A DNA stretch of 64,000 nucleotides from an uncultured delta proteobacterium (GCA_963817385.1 CAWFOM010000005.1:448001-512000); one strand, 5' to 3'. Numbered from the stretch's first letter, positions 42,387 to 51,898 are shown. Notes: generated from the sequence alone by a model not told the origin. Made by a program: numbers and translations.

Positions 42387-42830
42387 ATGATTGGACCAGG
42401 ATTATGGAGAATTGGCGGAATGAGGGATCCTTTCCAGGAAATGCAGCGCCTGCAGCGGGAAGTGAATAAGGTTTTTTCCGGAGTAGGTCAATCGCTGAGC
42501 CGGGAAATTCCTCCGGTAAATGCATGGATAGGTGAGGGCGATGTCATTGTGGCGGCCGAACTTCCGGGCATTGATCCTGCAAAGGTGGATATTTCCGTTG
42601 TTGGTGATACGCTGACAATCAGCGGCGCCCGTGAGGCGGAGGCCCTGAAGAACGGGGAGAACTATCACCGACAGGAGCGTGATCATGGCCGCTTTTCGCG
42701 GACGATTCAGCTTCCCTTTCATGTGGAGGCAGGCAAGGTCGAGGCGAGGTACGAACGAGGCGTCCTGACGATTACGATGCCGCGTGCGGAAGCGGACAAG
42801 CCGCGGAAGATAGCGGTGAAAAGCGAATAA
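42387..42830 (+). CDS. Hsp20 small heat-shock protein
   Basis: AELPG, ER.HG.F.R and GVLTITMP; AGGAGG RBS. Confidence 0.92.
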   Translation: MIGPGLWRIGGMRDPFQEMQRLQREVNKVFSGVGQSLSREIPPVNAWIGEGDVIVAAELPGIDPAKVDISVVGDTLTISGAREAEALKNGENYHRQERDHGRFSRTIQLPFHVEAGKVEARYERGVLTITMPRAEADKPRKIAVKSE

Positions 42831-42843
42831 GGAGGTGCAACGT

Positions 42844-43245
42844 ATGGATACAAATGTTGAATATCAGAAGAAACCGGCCGCGGTCCCCGCAGAAACGGAG
42901 AGAACCAGGAACCGGAAGGTATATGTGCCGAAGGTGGATATCATTGAAACCGGCGATGCCATGGTGATGCATGCCGACATGCCCGGCGCGGATGAAAAAT
43001 CGGTCGAGGTGATCTTGGAGAAAAACATCCTCACGATTCGGGGATCGGTTGTGCCTCAGGAATTCAGGGGGCGGAGCATCTTTTACGCCGAATATGACGT
43101 AGGAGATTATGAACGTTCCTTCACCGTCTCCGACGAGGTGGACCGCAACCGGATCGAGGCGGTAGTAAAAAACGGTCTTTTGAAGCTTATCCTGCACAAA
43201 ATCCCGAAGGTTGAAGCAAAGAAGATTACTGTCCGGACGGAGTGA
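42844..43245 (+). CDS. Hsp20 small heat-shock protein
   Basis: PKVDI, ADMPG and KNGLLKL; AAGGAGG RBS. Confidence 0.9.
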   Translation: MDTNVEYQKKPAAVPAETERTRNRKVYVPKVDIIETGDAMVMHADMPGADEKSVEVILEKNILTIRGSVVPQEFRGRSIFYAEYDVGDYERSFTVSDEVDRNRIEAVVKNGLLKLILHKIPKVEAKKITVRTE

Positions 43246-43261
43246 ACCGGGCGTTTCCTTC

Positions 43262-43290
43262 CCCCGGAGGGGTTCCCCTCCGGGGTTTTT
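43262..43290 (+). terminator. Intrinsic terminator between the convergent hsp20 and yjbQ genes
   Basis: ccccggaggg-gttc-ccctccgggg followed by a T run. Confidence 0.8.
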
Positions 43291-43685
43291 CAGTCGGCGG
43301 TCAGTTTGACCAGCACCTTTCTTGTTCTGGGCCCATCGAATTCACAGAAGAAAAGCGATTGCCACGTCCCGAGGACGAGGCTGCCGTCTTCGATGAGCAT
43401 GGTCTGGGAAGAGCCGAATAGCGAGGCCTTGACGTGGGCGGCTGCGTTCCCCTCCGCATGCTGGTAACGTTCGGAAAGCGGGACGATCCGGTCGAGGGCC
43501 GCGAGGATATCGCGCGGAACATCCGGATCGGCATTCTCGTTGATCGTGACTGCCGCCGTGGTATGAGGGACGAACGCATGACAGACCCCTTGCTTGATCC
43601 CGCTTTCCCGAACCAGCGCAGCCACGCGGCCCGTGATGTCGATCATTTCAAACCGGGCCGCGGTCTTGATGGTGAGTAGTGTCAT
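43290..43685 (-). CDS. yjbQ: YjbQ/UPF0047 family protein
   Basis: PHTTAAVTINENADP, GTWQ and EFDGPR. Confidence 0.9.
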   Translation of the reverse strand: MTLLTIKTAARFEMIDITGRVAALVRESGIKQGVCHAFVPHTTAAVTINENADPDVPRDILAALDRIVPLSERYQHAEGNAAAHVKASLFGSSQTMLIEDGSLVLGTWQSLFFCEFDGPRTRKVLVKLTAD

Positions 43686-43718
43686 CCGTTCCTCCTTTGA
43701 ATTCGGCAACGAGCGTAT

Positions 43719-44513
43719 TTACCGCGGCTTGTCGCGGACTCCTATTTTGCCCTGCCATGTTTCAGGTGCCGTTAATGCGGCATGGAGCCTCCGGCCGATC
43801 GTCAGGCCGCGGTCGATGAAATCGGGTCCGTATTCCCTCCCCGTCGGTGTCCGGAAACTATCTCGGATCTTCCGTATCCCCTCGATGCCGGGGAGAAAAC
43901 GGGGGATGAGCGCTTGCAGGGGCACGCGCCGGGGAGCGACCATCGCCCAAAGGGTTTCGGTAAAATTATCCGGCCCCCAGCGGAACTTGTCCGCATCATA
44001 GAGGGCGTCGGACAGGAGCTGAGCCGCGCGACCGGCCACATTCCGGCAGGGCCGGAAAGCCTCATGGTTGCGGATGGCGTCGGCGATGCCCGCACGTTCC
44101 TCATGCAGAACGGAAAACGAAGCCAGAAGCTTTTCCGCCTCTTCAGCCCCCCGCTCTGCATGCTCCTTCTCCGTCCGGCGGATGTCGTGGAGGATGCCGG
44201 CAAGCTGGGCCAGGAAGACCAAACGTCGGACGCGGGCATCAGGGGCGGCGTCTCCCTCCTCGATGAGGATCAGGGCGCCGATGTCGATGGCCACCTTTTC
44301 GACATGGATGGTTCCGTGACCGAGGCATGCACCCCGCTCCGCAACGATCCGGAGCCCCGTTGCAACGAGCGGCTCAGCGGCAAACAGTTCCCGGGAGAGC
44401 GCAACCTCCCGGGCCTTCTCGATATAGAAGCGGGGAGTACCGACTTCAGCGGCGATCCTCCGGGAAAGATCGATGGCCAGCCGGTATTCCTGATCCGGCA
44501 TTGGTGCCTCCAT
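43719..44513 (-). CDS. HD-domain phosphohydrolase-like protein
   Basis: HG..H, LHDI, HA, NHE and DADK. Confidence 0.75.
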   Translation of the reverse strand: MEAPMPDQEYRLAIDLSRRIAAEVGTPRFYIEKAREVALSRELFAAEPLVATGLRIVAERGACLGHGTIHVEKVAIDIGALILIEEGDAAPDARVRRLVFLAQLAGILHDIRRTEKEHAERGAEEAEKLLASFSVLHEERAGIADAIRNHEAFRPCRNVAGRAAQLLSDALYDADKFRWGPDNFTETLWAMVAPRRVPLQALIPRFLPGIEGIRKIRDSFRTPTGREYGPDFIDRGLTIGRRLHAALTAPETWQGKIGVRDKPR

Positions 44514-44945
44514 TCGAGATGATCGAAATGCGATAAATCAGGCTGCGGTGAACCTTGAAGGGCTTTTCCGGAGCCATTGAACCAGCCGTCTCCCGCAGTA
44601 TACCGGTATGCCATCCTTGATTCTGATTGGAGATTTTACCGACTTTTCATAAGCGCATCAATAGTTATCTTCAGCAAGCCTCTTTCCCCGGCGTCGGTAT
44701 GGCTTGTGGTAGAAGCGCCGGCTTTTGCGGAGGACTTTTCCAAGCTTCTGTGCGAGCAGGCGGCAGTGCCGTCTTCCCGGGAGCTTTTGCTTGACAACCC
44801 CGCCGGCATAGTTCGATAATCCCGCCGCATCCGCGGCATGACAGCTGATAAAAAGCTTGTTTTTCTCCTGTCCAGCGGGGGCAGGCCGGTTATGAAACAG
44901 GTGCCGCGCACCGGTAAAATAGACATCAATAACGAAAGGAAAGGC

Positions 44946-47105
44946 ATGAACAATCTTGATGCAATTTTTTCTCCCGAATCCGTCGCCATCATAGGCGCAT
45001 CTACAACGCCGGGAAAGGTCGGACATGACATCTTCGCCAATATTCTCCATGGCGGTTTCAAGGGGACCCTCTATCCGGTCAATCCCAAGGCCAAATCGAT
45101 TCTGAGTGTCAAAACATTTCCCTCGATCAAGGCAATTGCCGATAGTGTCGATCTTGCCATCATCATCCTGCCTCCCAAACTCTGTATCAACGCGGTGCAG
45201 GAGGCGATCGAAAAGGAGGTCAAGGGGATCGTGATCGTCTCCGCCGGTTTCCGCGAGGTGGGAGGAGAGGGGCTGGAGATCGAGAACCGGATCGTCTCCC
45301 TCTGCAAGGAGGCCAAGGTCCGCCTCGTCGGTCCCAACTGCCTCGGCGTGATCAATCCTCTTCCCGACGTCAGCATGAATGCGAGTTTCTCCCGGAGGAT
45401 GCCCGCCTGCGGCAACATTTCGTTCATCTCCCAGAGCGGGGCGCTCTGCACCGCCGTTCTCGATTTTGCCGCGGACCGCGACTTCGGCTTCTCGAAATTC
45501 ATCTCCATCGGCAACAAAGCGGATGTCGACGAGTTGGATCTGCTCCTCTATTTCCATAACGACCTCAATACGGCGGTTATCATCCTCTACCTCGAGGAGC
45601 TCCGGAAGGGGCGGGAATTTATCGAAGCGGTAAAGGAGATCACCTCCGGCCACCGTCCCACACCGGTGATCATCATCAAGTCGGGCCGGACCAGCGCCGG
45701 CGCTCAGGCAGCTGCCTCTCACACCGGCGCCCTCGCCGGGACGGAGGCGGTCTACGACGCCATCTTCAAACAGGCGGGGATCATCCGGGCCGACTCTATC
45801 GCCGAGCTCTTCGATTTTGCCAACGCCTTTGCCTACAAGCACGAAAGCGCCCTCGGCAAGGCGCGGCGGAAGATCCCCGGCGGGAAACGGGTCGCCATCG
45901 TGACCAATGCCGGTGGCCCCGGGATTCTTGCGACGGACATGACCGTCTCCTCCGACCTCGAGCTGGCGATATTCAAGCAGGAGACGATCGATGAGCTGGC
46001 GAGCTGCCTTCCCACGACGGCCAACATCCATAATCCCGTGGACGTCATCGGGGACGCACCTTCCGACCGTTATGAAAACGCCCTTTCCGCCGTGATCAAG
46101 GACGAGGGGGTGGACGGCGCCTTGGTCATCCTGACCCCGCAGTCGATGACGAACGCCCTGGGGACGGCCGAGGCGATCGTTCGCGTCGCCCGCCGCTCCC
46201 CCAAGCCGATCCTCTGCTGCTTCATGGGAGTGGTCGACGTCTCCGCCGGTGTGAAATACCTCCAGGAACACGGCTATCCGGTCTACACGTTTCCCGAGGA
46301 CGCGGCCAAGGCCATGGGAGCGCTCTACAAGTACTCCCACTGGCTGAACCGCGAGCACCTTCCGCCGTTCGAGCTCCAATCCGACCGGGCTGCCGCGGAG
46401 GCGGTGATCCAGGGTTGTCTCGCTGCCGGGAAGACCCGCCTGGGCGAGATTGACGGCCTGGAACTTCTGAAGTGCTACGGTTTCAATACGCTGCCGACGA
46501 AACTCGCGAAGGATGAGGCCGAGGCGATGCGGATCGCCGAAGAGATCGGTTTCCCGGTCGTCATGAAGATCGTCTCTCCGCAGATCCTCCACAAATCGGA
46601 TGCGGGGGGCGTCGTCGTCGGGGTCAAGACGAAGGAGGAGGCGAGCCAGGTCTTCACCCGGATCATGACGAGTGCAAGGGCCTTCGATCCCGCGGCCGTG
46701 ATCGAAGGCGTACTTGTCCAGCAGATGGCCGTGCGGGGCGATGAGGTGATCCTCGGGATGAACCGCTATCCCGTGGGACCGCTGATCATGGTCGGTCTGG
46801 GCGGCATCTTCGTCGAGCTCTTCAAGGACGTCGTCTTCCGGCTTGCCCCCGTCGACCGCGACGAGGCGCATCGGATGGTCAGCGAGATCAGAGGGTACAA
46901 GATATTCACCGGATTCCGCGGTCGCCCGAAGTCCGATGTCGAAACCCTGGAGAAGAACCTGGTACGGCTCTCCGATATGGTCGTCAACCACCCGGAGATC
47001 GTCGAGCTCGACATCAATCCGCTTCTGGTCCACGAGGAGGGGAAGGGGGCGACGGTCGCCGACTGCCGGATCATCCTCGATCCGGGAGGAAAGCCGGGCA
47101 AATAA
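44946..47105 (+). CDS. Acetate/acyl-CoA ligase (ADP-forming), alpha-beta fusion
   Basis: GPNCLG, SQSGA, SHTGAL, NPVD, HKSD and ELDINP. Confidence 0.9.
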   Translation: MNNLDAIFSPESVAIIGASTTPGKVGHDIFANILHGGFKGTLYPVNPKAKSILSVKTFPSIKAIADSVDLAIIILPPKLCINAVQEAIEKEVKGIVIVSAGFREVGGEGLEIENRIVSLCKEAKVRLVGPNCLGVINPLPDVSMNASFSRRMPACGNISFISQSGALCTAVLDFAADRDFGFSKFISIGNKADVDELDLLLYFHNDLNTAVIILYLEELRKGREFIEAVKEITSGHRPTPVIIIKSGRTSAGAQAAASHTGALAGTEAVYDAIFKQAGIIRADSIAELFDFANAFAYKHESALGKARRKIPGGKRVAIVTNAGGPGILATDMTVSSDLELAIFKQETIDELASCLPTTANIHNPVDVIGDAPSDRYENALSAVIKDEGVDGALVILTPQSMTNALGTAEAIVRVARRSPKPILCCFMGVVDVSAGVKYLQEHGYPVYTFPEDAAKAMGALYKYSHWLNREHLPPFELQSDRAAAEAVIQGCLAAGKTRLGEIDGLELLKCYGFNTLPTKLAKDEAEAMRIAEEIGFPVVMKIVSPQILHKSDAGGVVVGVKTKEEASQVFTRIMTSARAFDPAAVIEGVLVQQMAVRGDEVILGMNRYPVGPLIMVGLGGIFVELFKDVVFRLAPVDRDEAHRMVSEIRGYKIFTGFRGRPKSDVETLEKNLVRLSDMVVNHPEIVELDINPLLVHEEGKGATVADCRIILDPGGKPGK

Positions 47106-47449
47106 ACGGTGGAAGTGGGACCGAGCGGCCAGTCCCGCTTGTTTCGTGAGATGGGAGGCTGCTGTCATGATCTCGGCGTATTCGGGCCGGTGGGCGAGGT
47201 CGTAGGTCAGGGCGACTGCATTCATCGACGGCCTGATCAGGGGGGTGATCCACGACGCCTCCCACCCGTTGCCGGTGAAAAAGGGCATTGAACCGTCGTT
47301 GGGAACATCTCGACGTTGCGATGAGCGATATCAGACGAAAGGAAATTCTCATTGACATCCCGGAGCCGCTTTGTTAATGGGTAACAGACGGGGTTGGCGC
47401 CATAATATTCTAATAAATTCAAAGATATCAATGTAAAAGGGAGCGGAAC

Positions 47450-48982
47450 ATGGACCTGCGCAGCTTCACCGTTTACGATATATTCAAAAGAAACGCGCTC
47501 GTATTCAACAAGAGGGTGGCGATACAGGCCGAAGAGCGCCGGGTCACGTTCGGGGAGCTTTATGACGAGACGCATGCCGTCATCGGCGCACTGGCGTCCC
47601 GGGGGATTCAGCGGGGCGACCGGATCGCCGTTCTGACCAAGAACCGTCCCGAATTTTTTCCTTTGCTCGGCGCCATAGCGGCTCTGGGGGCGATCATCGT
47701 GCCGATTAACGCACGGCTTACCGCCGACGAGATCCGGCACATCCTGGCCGATACGCAGCCGGTGCTGTTTTTTTTCGAGCCCGATTTTGAAAAGATGTTC
47801 CCGGAGCTGGTGCCCGGTTGCGCCTCCGTGAAAGAACTGATCGTCTTCGGGAATGCGGGAGGGACCTATACCGCATTCGATTCGCTTCTGAATCATCCGG
47901 CGGGAACGGCGGTCGCCGTCACCGACGGGGAGCCGCTCGTCATCATCCACACCGCGGCGATTCAGGGGAAGCCCCACGGCGCCATGCTGACCCACCGAAA
48001 CCTCGTCGCCTGTTCGATCCATACAATCGGCGCACTCGGTTTGAGCTATGACGGCGCCTATCTGAATATCCTGCCCCTCTTTCATATCGCCGGTCTGATG
48101 GCCGGTTTGACGATGCTGCATGCTGGTGGGAAGAACCTGCTCATCGCAAAATACGATCCGGTGGCGGCCGGCAAGCTGATCGATCGGGAAAAGGTCTCCT
48201 TCATCGGCAATTTCCCGCCCATCCTGACCCAGTTGCTCGACGCGCAGGCCGCCGGCGAATGCAGCCTTTCCACACTGAAGCAGGTTATCGGCGTGGAATT
48301 GCCGGATACGGTCAAGCGATTCGAGAAACTCGGCACCGGGCGGTTCTGGCTCGCATACGGCCAGACCGAGACCATGGGGTTGACATGCTTCTGTTCGAAC
48401 GCGGAGAGGCCCGGGTCCGCCGGAAGGCCGGGCCCCTTGGTGGACCTGATGATCGCCGACGATGCCGACCGCGAAGTCGATCCGGGGAAACCGGGGGAGA
48501 TCCTGGTTCGGGGACCGCTCGTGTTCGTGGGATACTGGGGTGATGAGGAGTTGACGAACCATACGTTTCGAGGAGGCTGGCACCATACGGGAGACATCGG
48601 CCGCCTCGATGAAGAGGGGTTCTTGTGGTTTGTGGGAAGGAAGGCGGAAAAGGAACTGATCAAGCCCGGCGGAGAAAATGTCTATCCCGTGGAAGTAGAG
48701 AAAGTGGTTCTTGAGCATCCCGACATTCAGGAAGTTTCCGTGATCGGTGTCCCCGATCCGCGATTTGGGGAGGGGATCAAGGCCGTTTGCGTTCTGAAAC
48801 CGGGAACCCGCTTATCGGAGCAGGAACTGATCGATTTTGTAGCCGGGAGAATCGCCCGCTATAAGAAACCGGGTTATGTCGAATTCGTCGACTCCCTTCC
48901 CAAAACGGGAGACGGTTCCATCGATCGGGCAAAGGTCAAGGCGCTCTACGGCCCCGACGCGAAAGCGCAGGAGGACCACTAA
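47450..48982 (+). CDS. AMP-dependent acyl-CoA synthetase
   Basis: YGQTE, HTGDIG, GGENVYP and LPKT. Confidence 0.9.
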   Translation: MDLRSFTVYDIFKRNALVFNKRVAIQAEERRVTFGELYDETHAVIGALASRGIQRGDRIAVLTKNRPEFFPLLGAIAALGAIIVPINARLTADEIRHILADTQPVLFFFEPDFEKMFPELVPGCASVKELIVFGNAGGTYTAFDSLLNHPAGTAVAVTDGEPLVIIHTAAIQGKPHGAMLTHRNLVACSIHTIGALGLSYDGAYLNILPLFHIAGLMAGLTMLHAGGKNLLIAKYDPVAAGKLIDREKVSFIGNFPPILTQLLDAQAAGECSLSTLKQVIGVELPDTVKRFEKLGTGRFWLAYGQTETMGLTCFCSNAERPGSAGRPGPLVDLMIADDADREVDPGKPGEILVRGPLVFVGYWGDEELTNHTFRGGWHHTGDIGRLDEEGFLWFVGRKAEKELIKPGGENVYPVEVEKVVLEHPDIQEVSVIGVPDPRFGEGIKAVCVLKPGTRLSEQELIDFVAGRIARYKKPGYVEFVDSLPKTGDGSIDRAKVKALYGPDAKAQEDH

Positions 48983-49024
48983 GGCTCATGTAGTAGAACA
49001 TTCCATTTTTCCTTCCGAATCCTG

Positions 49025-49052
49025 TTGACATATTCGGCAAAGTGGGTACAAT
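49025..49052 (+). promoter_or_regulatory. Sigma-70-like promoter for tRNA-Arg
   Basis: TTGACA-16 bp-TACAAT. Confidence 0.6.
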
Positions 49053-49135
49053 GGCCGCCCATCGTCGAGAGGGAGAGCAGGAAGGTGGTTTGTATCCCTC
49101 GGGGTAACATTTCGATGGTGAGTGGATACGGATCC

Positions 49136-49213
49136 GCGCCCATGGCTCAGTCTGGATAGAGCGTCAGACTACGAATCTGAATGTCGGAGGTTCGAATCCT
49201 CCTGGGCGCGCCA
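49136..49213 (+). tRNA. tRNA-Arg(ACG)
   Basis: Cloverleaf with GCGCCCA/TGGGCGC acceptor stem, TCAGA-CTACGAA-TCTGA anticodon arm, GTTCGAATC and encoded CCA. Confidence 0.97.
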
Positions 49214-49216
49214 TAC

Positions 49217-49251
49217 CAAGGGCTTCCGAAAGGGAGCCCTTGTTTATATTT
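49217..49251 (+). terminator. Intrinsic terminator after tRNA-Arg
   Basis: caagggcttcc-gaaa-gggagcccttg followed by a T-rich tail. Confidence 0.8.
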
Positions 49252-49261
49252 CCACAGGTCT

Positions 49262-49296
49262 CTACAGAATCTGAATGTTGGAGATTCGAATCCTCC
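49262..49296 (+). repeat. Decayed copy of the tRNA-Arg 3' half (att-like)
   Basis: ctacagaatctgaatgttggagattcgaatcctcc vs tRNA ctacgaatctgaatgtcggaggttcgaatcctcc. Confidence 0.85.
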
Positions 49297-49378
49297 AGCC
49301 CCTCTTTTGACCGGACACCGGTAATCTGTAAATAAAATGTAGGAATAGCTATAGCTCTCGTCAAGAAAATTTTGCTGT

Positions 49379-49525
49379 TCATCTACTACTAAATGATTTT
49401 GAATTGGCGAGATGATTGATGAAAAGCGCTTCCTCCCGATCGTTTGCTTTACTGCCTATAATGAGCAAGGACATGATTGAGACACCATATAATGCTAATG
49501 CCGATAAGATAATGATCCATATCAT
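49379..49525 (-). CDS. Small hypothetical protein, 48 aa, one N-terminal hydrophobic helix
   Basis: Hand translation: MIWIIILSALALYGVSIMSLLIIGSKANDREEALFINHLANSKSFSSR; AGGA upstream. Confidence 0.4.
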   Translation of the reverse strand: MIWIIILSALALYGVSIMSLLIIGSKANDREEALFINHLANSKSFSSR

Positions 49526-49534
49526 TTCTGCATC

Positions 49535-49699
49535 CTACCAAAGGTCCTTCCGGATTGACGTGATCTGTTTCCCAATTTCCTGGAATACCTCGCTATGGAG
49601 GCTTGGACCATTGGCAGGATGTTTCTTCCCGTGGCCGTAGTGGCGGGACAGTAATTGAGGGAAATATATTTGGAGATTAAGGAAATTTTGGCCATTCAT
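49535..49699 (-). CDS. Small hypothetical protein, 54 aa
   Basis: MNGQNFLNLQIYFPQLLSRHYGHGKKHP...RKDLW; GAGGGG immediately upstream. Confidence 0.35.
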   Translation of the reverse strand: MNGQNFLNLQIYFPQLLSRHYGHGKKHPANGPSLHSEVFQEIGKQITSIRKDLW

Positions 49700-49743
49700 T
49701 ACCCCTCGAAAAAGTGGATCTCAATGTGTAAGATGAGGGTAGT

Positions 49744-50031
49744 TTAGTTGATAGTTTCAATTGTTGCCTCCGTGCTCAATCGATGGTAATCTTGCCCATC
49801 CAAGAGGTGAGATAAAACGTCTATGCTGCTGCCGAGCAGAGAAAAAATGCGTAATTCACTATCTTTATGACCGAAATTGTAAATAATTTTACCAAACCCA
49901 TTAGCACTCATTTCAGCGGTTTTAAGGAAAAGCGAATTTAACAAGTCTTGGTTGCCTGTCCTAATCACAACCTTTGAATGGCTTGTCCAATCTTTGGTTT
50001 GATTAATTATCAAACATCCGAAACCTGACAT
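49744..50031 (-). CDS. Hypothetical protein, 95 aa
   Basis: AAGGGAG RBS 8 nt upstream; lies downstream of a sigma-54 motif. Confidence 0.5.
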   Translation of the reverse strand: MSGFGCLIINQTKDWTSHSKVVIRTGNQDLLNSLFLKTAEMSANGFGKIIYNFGHKDSELRIFSLLGSSIDVLSHLLDGQDYHRLSTEATIETIN

Positions 50032-50084
50032 TAGTCCGTCTCCCTTAAATATTTTTTGCCTGATCAGAACATGGTGAACAGATC

Positions 50085-50100
50085 TGCAAATTTAAGGCCA
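50085..50100 (-). promoter_or_regulatory. Sigma-54 -24/-12 promoter
   Basis: TGGCCTTAAATTTGCA fits TGGC-N7-TTGCA. Confidence 0.65.
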
Positions 50101-50172
50101 GAAAATCAATTCATCTAACTAATTGATTTAATTAGATATAAAATATCGATATATTTACCTCTCATAATGACT

Positions 50173-50280
50173 TGTAAAGAATTCCGACATTTCCAATAAA
50201 GCGATATCGGTGTACGGCTGAATATATATTTAAAATACAGCAAGATAGATTTATATTGAAAAGTGTAAAAAATTCCGACA
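50173..50280. promoter_or_regulatory. Two copies of a 17-bp site (50173-50189, 50264-50280), candidate enhancer-binding-protein sites
   Basis: TGTAAAGAATTCCGACA and TGTAAAAAATTCCGACA, 16/17 identical with TGT...ACA ends. Confidence 0.55.
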
Positions 50281-50328
50281 CTTTCCCGCTGTTTTTACAT
50301 GCATATCGGTCATTCGCTATTCTGTTCG

Positions 50329-50402
50329 GAATCTGAATGTCGGAGATTAGAATCTTCTTGGGTGCACCATATGTGAGGGCGTCCGAAGGGAAGCCTTTTT
50401 TT
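50329..50402 (+). repeat. Second decayed copy of the tRNA-Arg 3' half plus a copy of its terminator
   Basis: gaatctgaatgtcggagattagaatcttcttgggtgcacca, then agggcgtccgaagggaagccttttttt. Confidence 0.85.
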
Positions 50403-50467
50403 ATCTACGGACCGCTACGCGTTAATAGACGCTCGGATGGAGTCGAACGTGTCATCGCCGCCCCCCT

Positions 50468-51793
50468 ATTGCCTCATAAATAAATGTTACCGAAGAGGGA
50501 GAGATTTTGGGTAACGATGCCTCATAAAAGATGTTACCGAGGTTTGTTGTTGATGGAGAAGATGTTTTTCAATTTCTTATCCATGGTTTTTCTTAGCAGG
50601 AATGGGTTGAGGTTTTCAAGTAGTTTGGTGAGGGAACGTTTTACTGATTCGGTGATATGTGGAGATCCCATAGTTCTCTGATAAGGGGTTTTGGGAGGAT
50701 CATGGCGTTTGATGGTTTTGGAGCCGATCCTTTCTTTGGCGATGAGTTTTACGGAGGGGCAGAAGAAGTTATGGAAGAGTCTCCATTCCTTGGTAGAGAG
50801 GTTGTTGAGGGGGGCGACGACACCGGGATTATCTAAGCGATCGTAGCCGAGCCACTGTCTGACGTGAGTCCAGTTCTTCTGTTCCACATGGGCGTTATCA
50901 TCTTTGTGATAGGATCTACTTCTGGTGAACTGGACGGGCTGTTTTCGGTTGGTGAAGTGCCTGAAGAGATGATCGTTGAGGAACTCGCCGCCGTTATCGC
51001 AATCAAAGCCGCGGATGGGGAACGGGAGGTTTTTTTCGATATGCTGGATTTGTTCCAGGACACCCGTTTGGCCTTTTCCCCATACTGCCCGTTGTTCAGT
51101 CCAGCCGGTAGCGATATCGACGAAGTCAATGGTATTGGCGTACATTCCTTGGGTGGAATCGCCGCAATGAGCAACGGTATCGGCTTCGAGGAATCCCGGA
51201 CGTGATTCATCCCATTGATTGGTGTTGATGGGGATTTGTTTTCGTAGCAGTGTGCCTGGTTTTGTGGTGCTTTTGCCCCTTCTGGGGTAATGGATGCGGA
51301 TCGGTTTGAGAACCCTGTCAATGGTTGGAGGGGAGATATTCAGCAAGGCACTGATGACCTCTGGAGGGAGTTCTCCGAACATTTCAATATATCCGGGCAG
51401 CCAGATCGGCAGCATGACTTTGAGCCGTTTTGAACAGGGAAGATTTGCCGCAAGCCAGATTTTTTTCATGGGATTAATGATCGCCTCGTTCCGATAAACA
51501 GATGGTTTCCCTCTTTTCTTTGCCTTTGGTTTGGTGAAGCGTTTGAATCTTTTAAGGACTCTGATGGCATGTTTGCGGTGACATCCACAGGTGGCGCAGA
51601 ATTCATTGAGGATTGCCGTTTTCTCCAGACGGGTTGCATTTTTATACCGCAAATAGACTGTTTCCCGATACTCTCGTTTGGATCGTGGACTCATACGTAT
51701 CCCTCCTTGAGAAGGCGATGTTCGGTAACATCGAATTATGAGTCAACGTTCCTCTTTTAACCCCTCCTTGGGTAACATTTAATGTGAGGCAAT
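50468..51793 (-). mobile_element. Insertion sequence (~1.33 kb) with doubled terminal inverted repeats
   Basis: attgcctcataaataaatgttacc pairs with ggtaacatttaatgtgaggcaat; inner copies near 50518-50538 and 51724-51746. Confidence 0.85.
50534..51694 (-). CDS. DDE (rve integrase-core) transposase
   Basis: PGFLEADTVAHCG, DCDNGGEF and KDDNAHVEQKN. Confidence 0.9.
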   Translation of the reverse strand: MSPRSKREYRETVYLRYKNATRLEKTAILNEFCATCGCHRKHAIRVLKRFKRFTKPKAKKRGKPSVYRNEAIINPMKKIWLAANLPCSKRLKVMLPIWLPGYIEMFGELPPEVISALLNISPPTIDRVLKPIRIHYPRRGKSTTKPGTLLRKQIPINTNQWDESRPGFLEADTVAHCGDSTQGMYANTIDFVDIATGWTEQRAVWGKGQTGVLEQIQHIEKNLPFPIRGFDCDNGGEFLNDHLFRHFTNRKQPVQFTRSRSYHKDDNAHVEQKNWTHVRQWLGYDRLDNPGVVAPLNNLSTKEWRLFHNFFCPSVKLIAKERIGSKTIKRHDPPKTPYQRTMGSPHITESVKRSLTKLLENLNPFLLRKTMDKKLKNIFSINNKPR

Positions 51794-51820
51794 TCGCCCC
51801 GATAAGAATCCTTGAATATT

Positions 51821-51847
51821 TAAGTCAAAAGCCGTATATTCCGAAAA
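51821..51847 (+). promoter_or_regulatory. Possible sigma-28 (FliA)-like promoter
   Basis: TAAG-15 bp-TCCGAAAA vs consensus TAAA-N15-GCCGATAA. Confidence 0.35.
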
Positions 51848-51898
51848 CTATTAAAAGTGCCACGATCAAACGGGGACGCGCATACTGAGGAGACGGAC

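Noticed and set aside
44658..47288. Long antisense ORFs (876 aa here; also 24283-26424, 28756-29970, 36061-37617, 47237-48718, 55246-56586)
   Set aside because: They are shadows of well-supported genes in GC-rich DNA and show no recognisable motifs.
49103..49125. ggtaacatttcgatggtgag upstream of tRNA-Arg resembling the IS end repeat
   Set aside because: It is a single partial match lacking the GCAA end and is compatible with chance.
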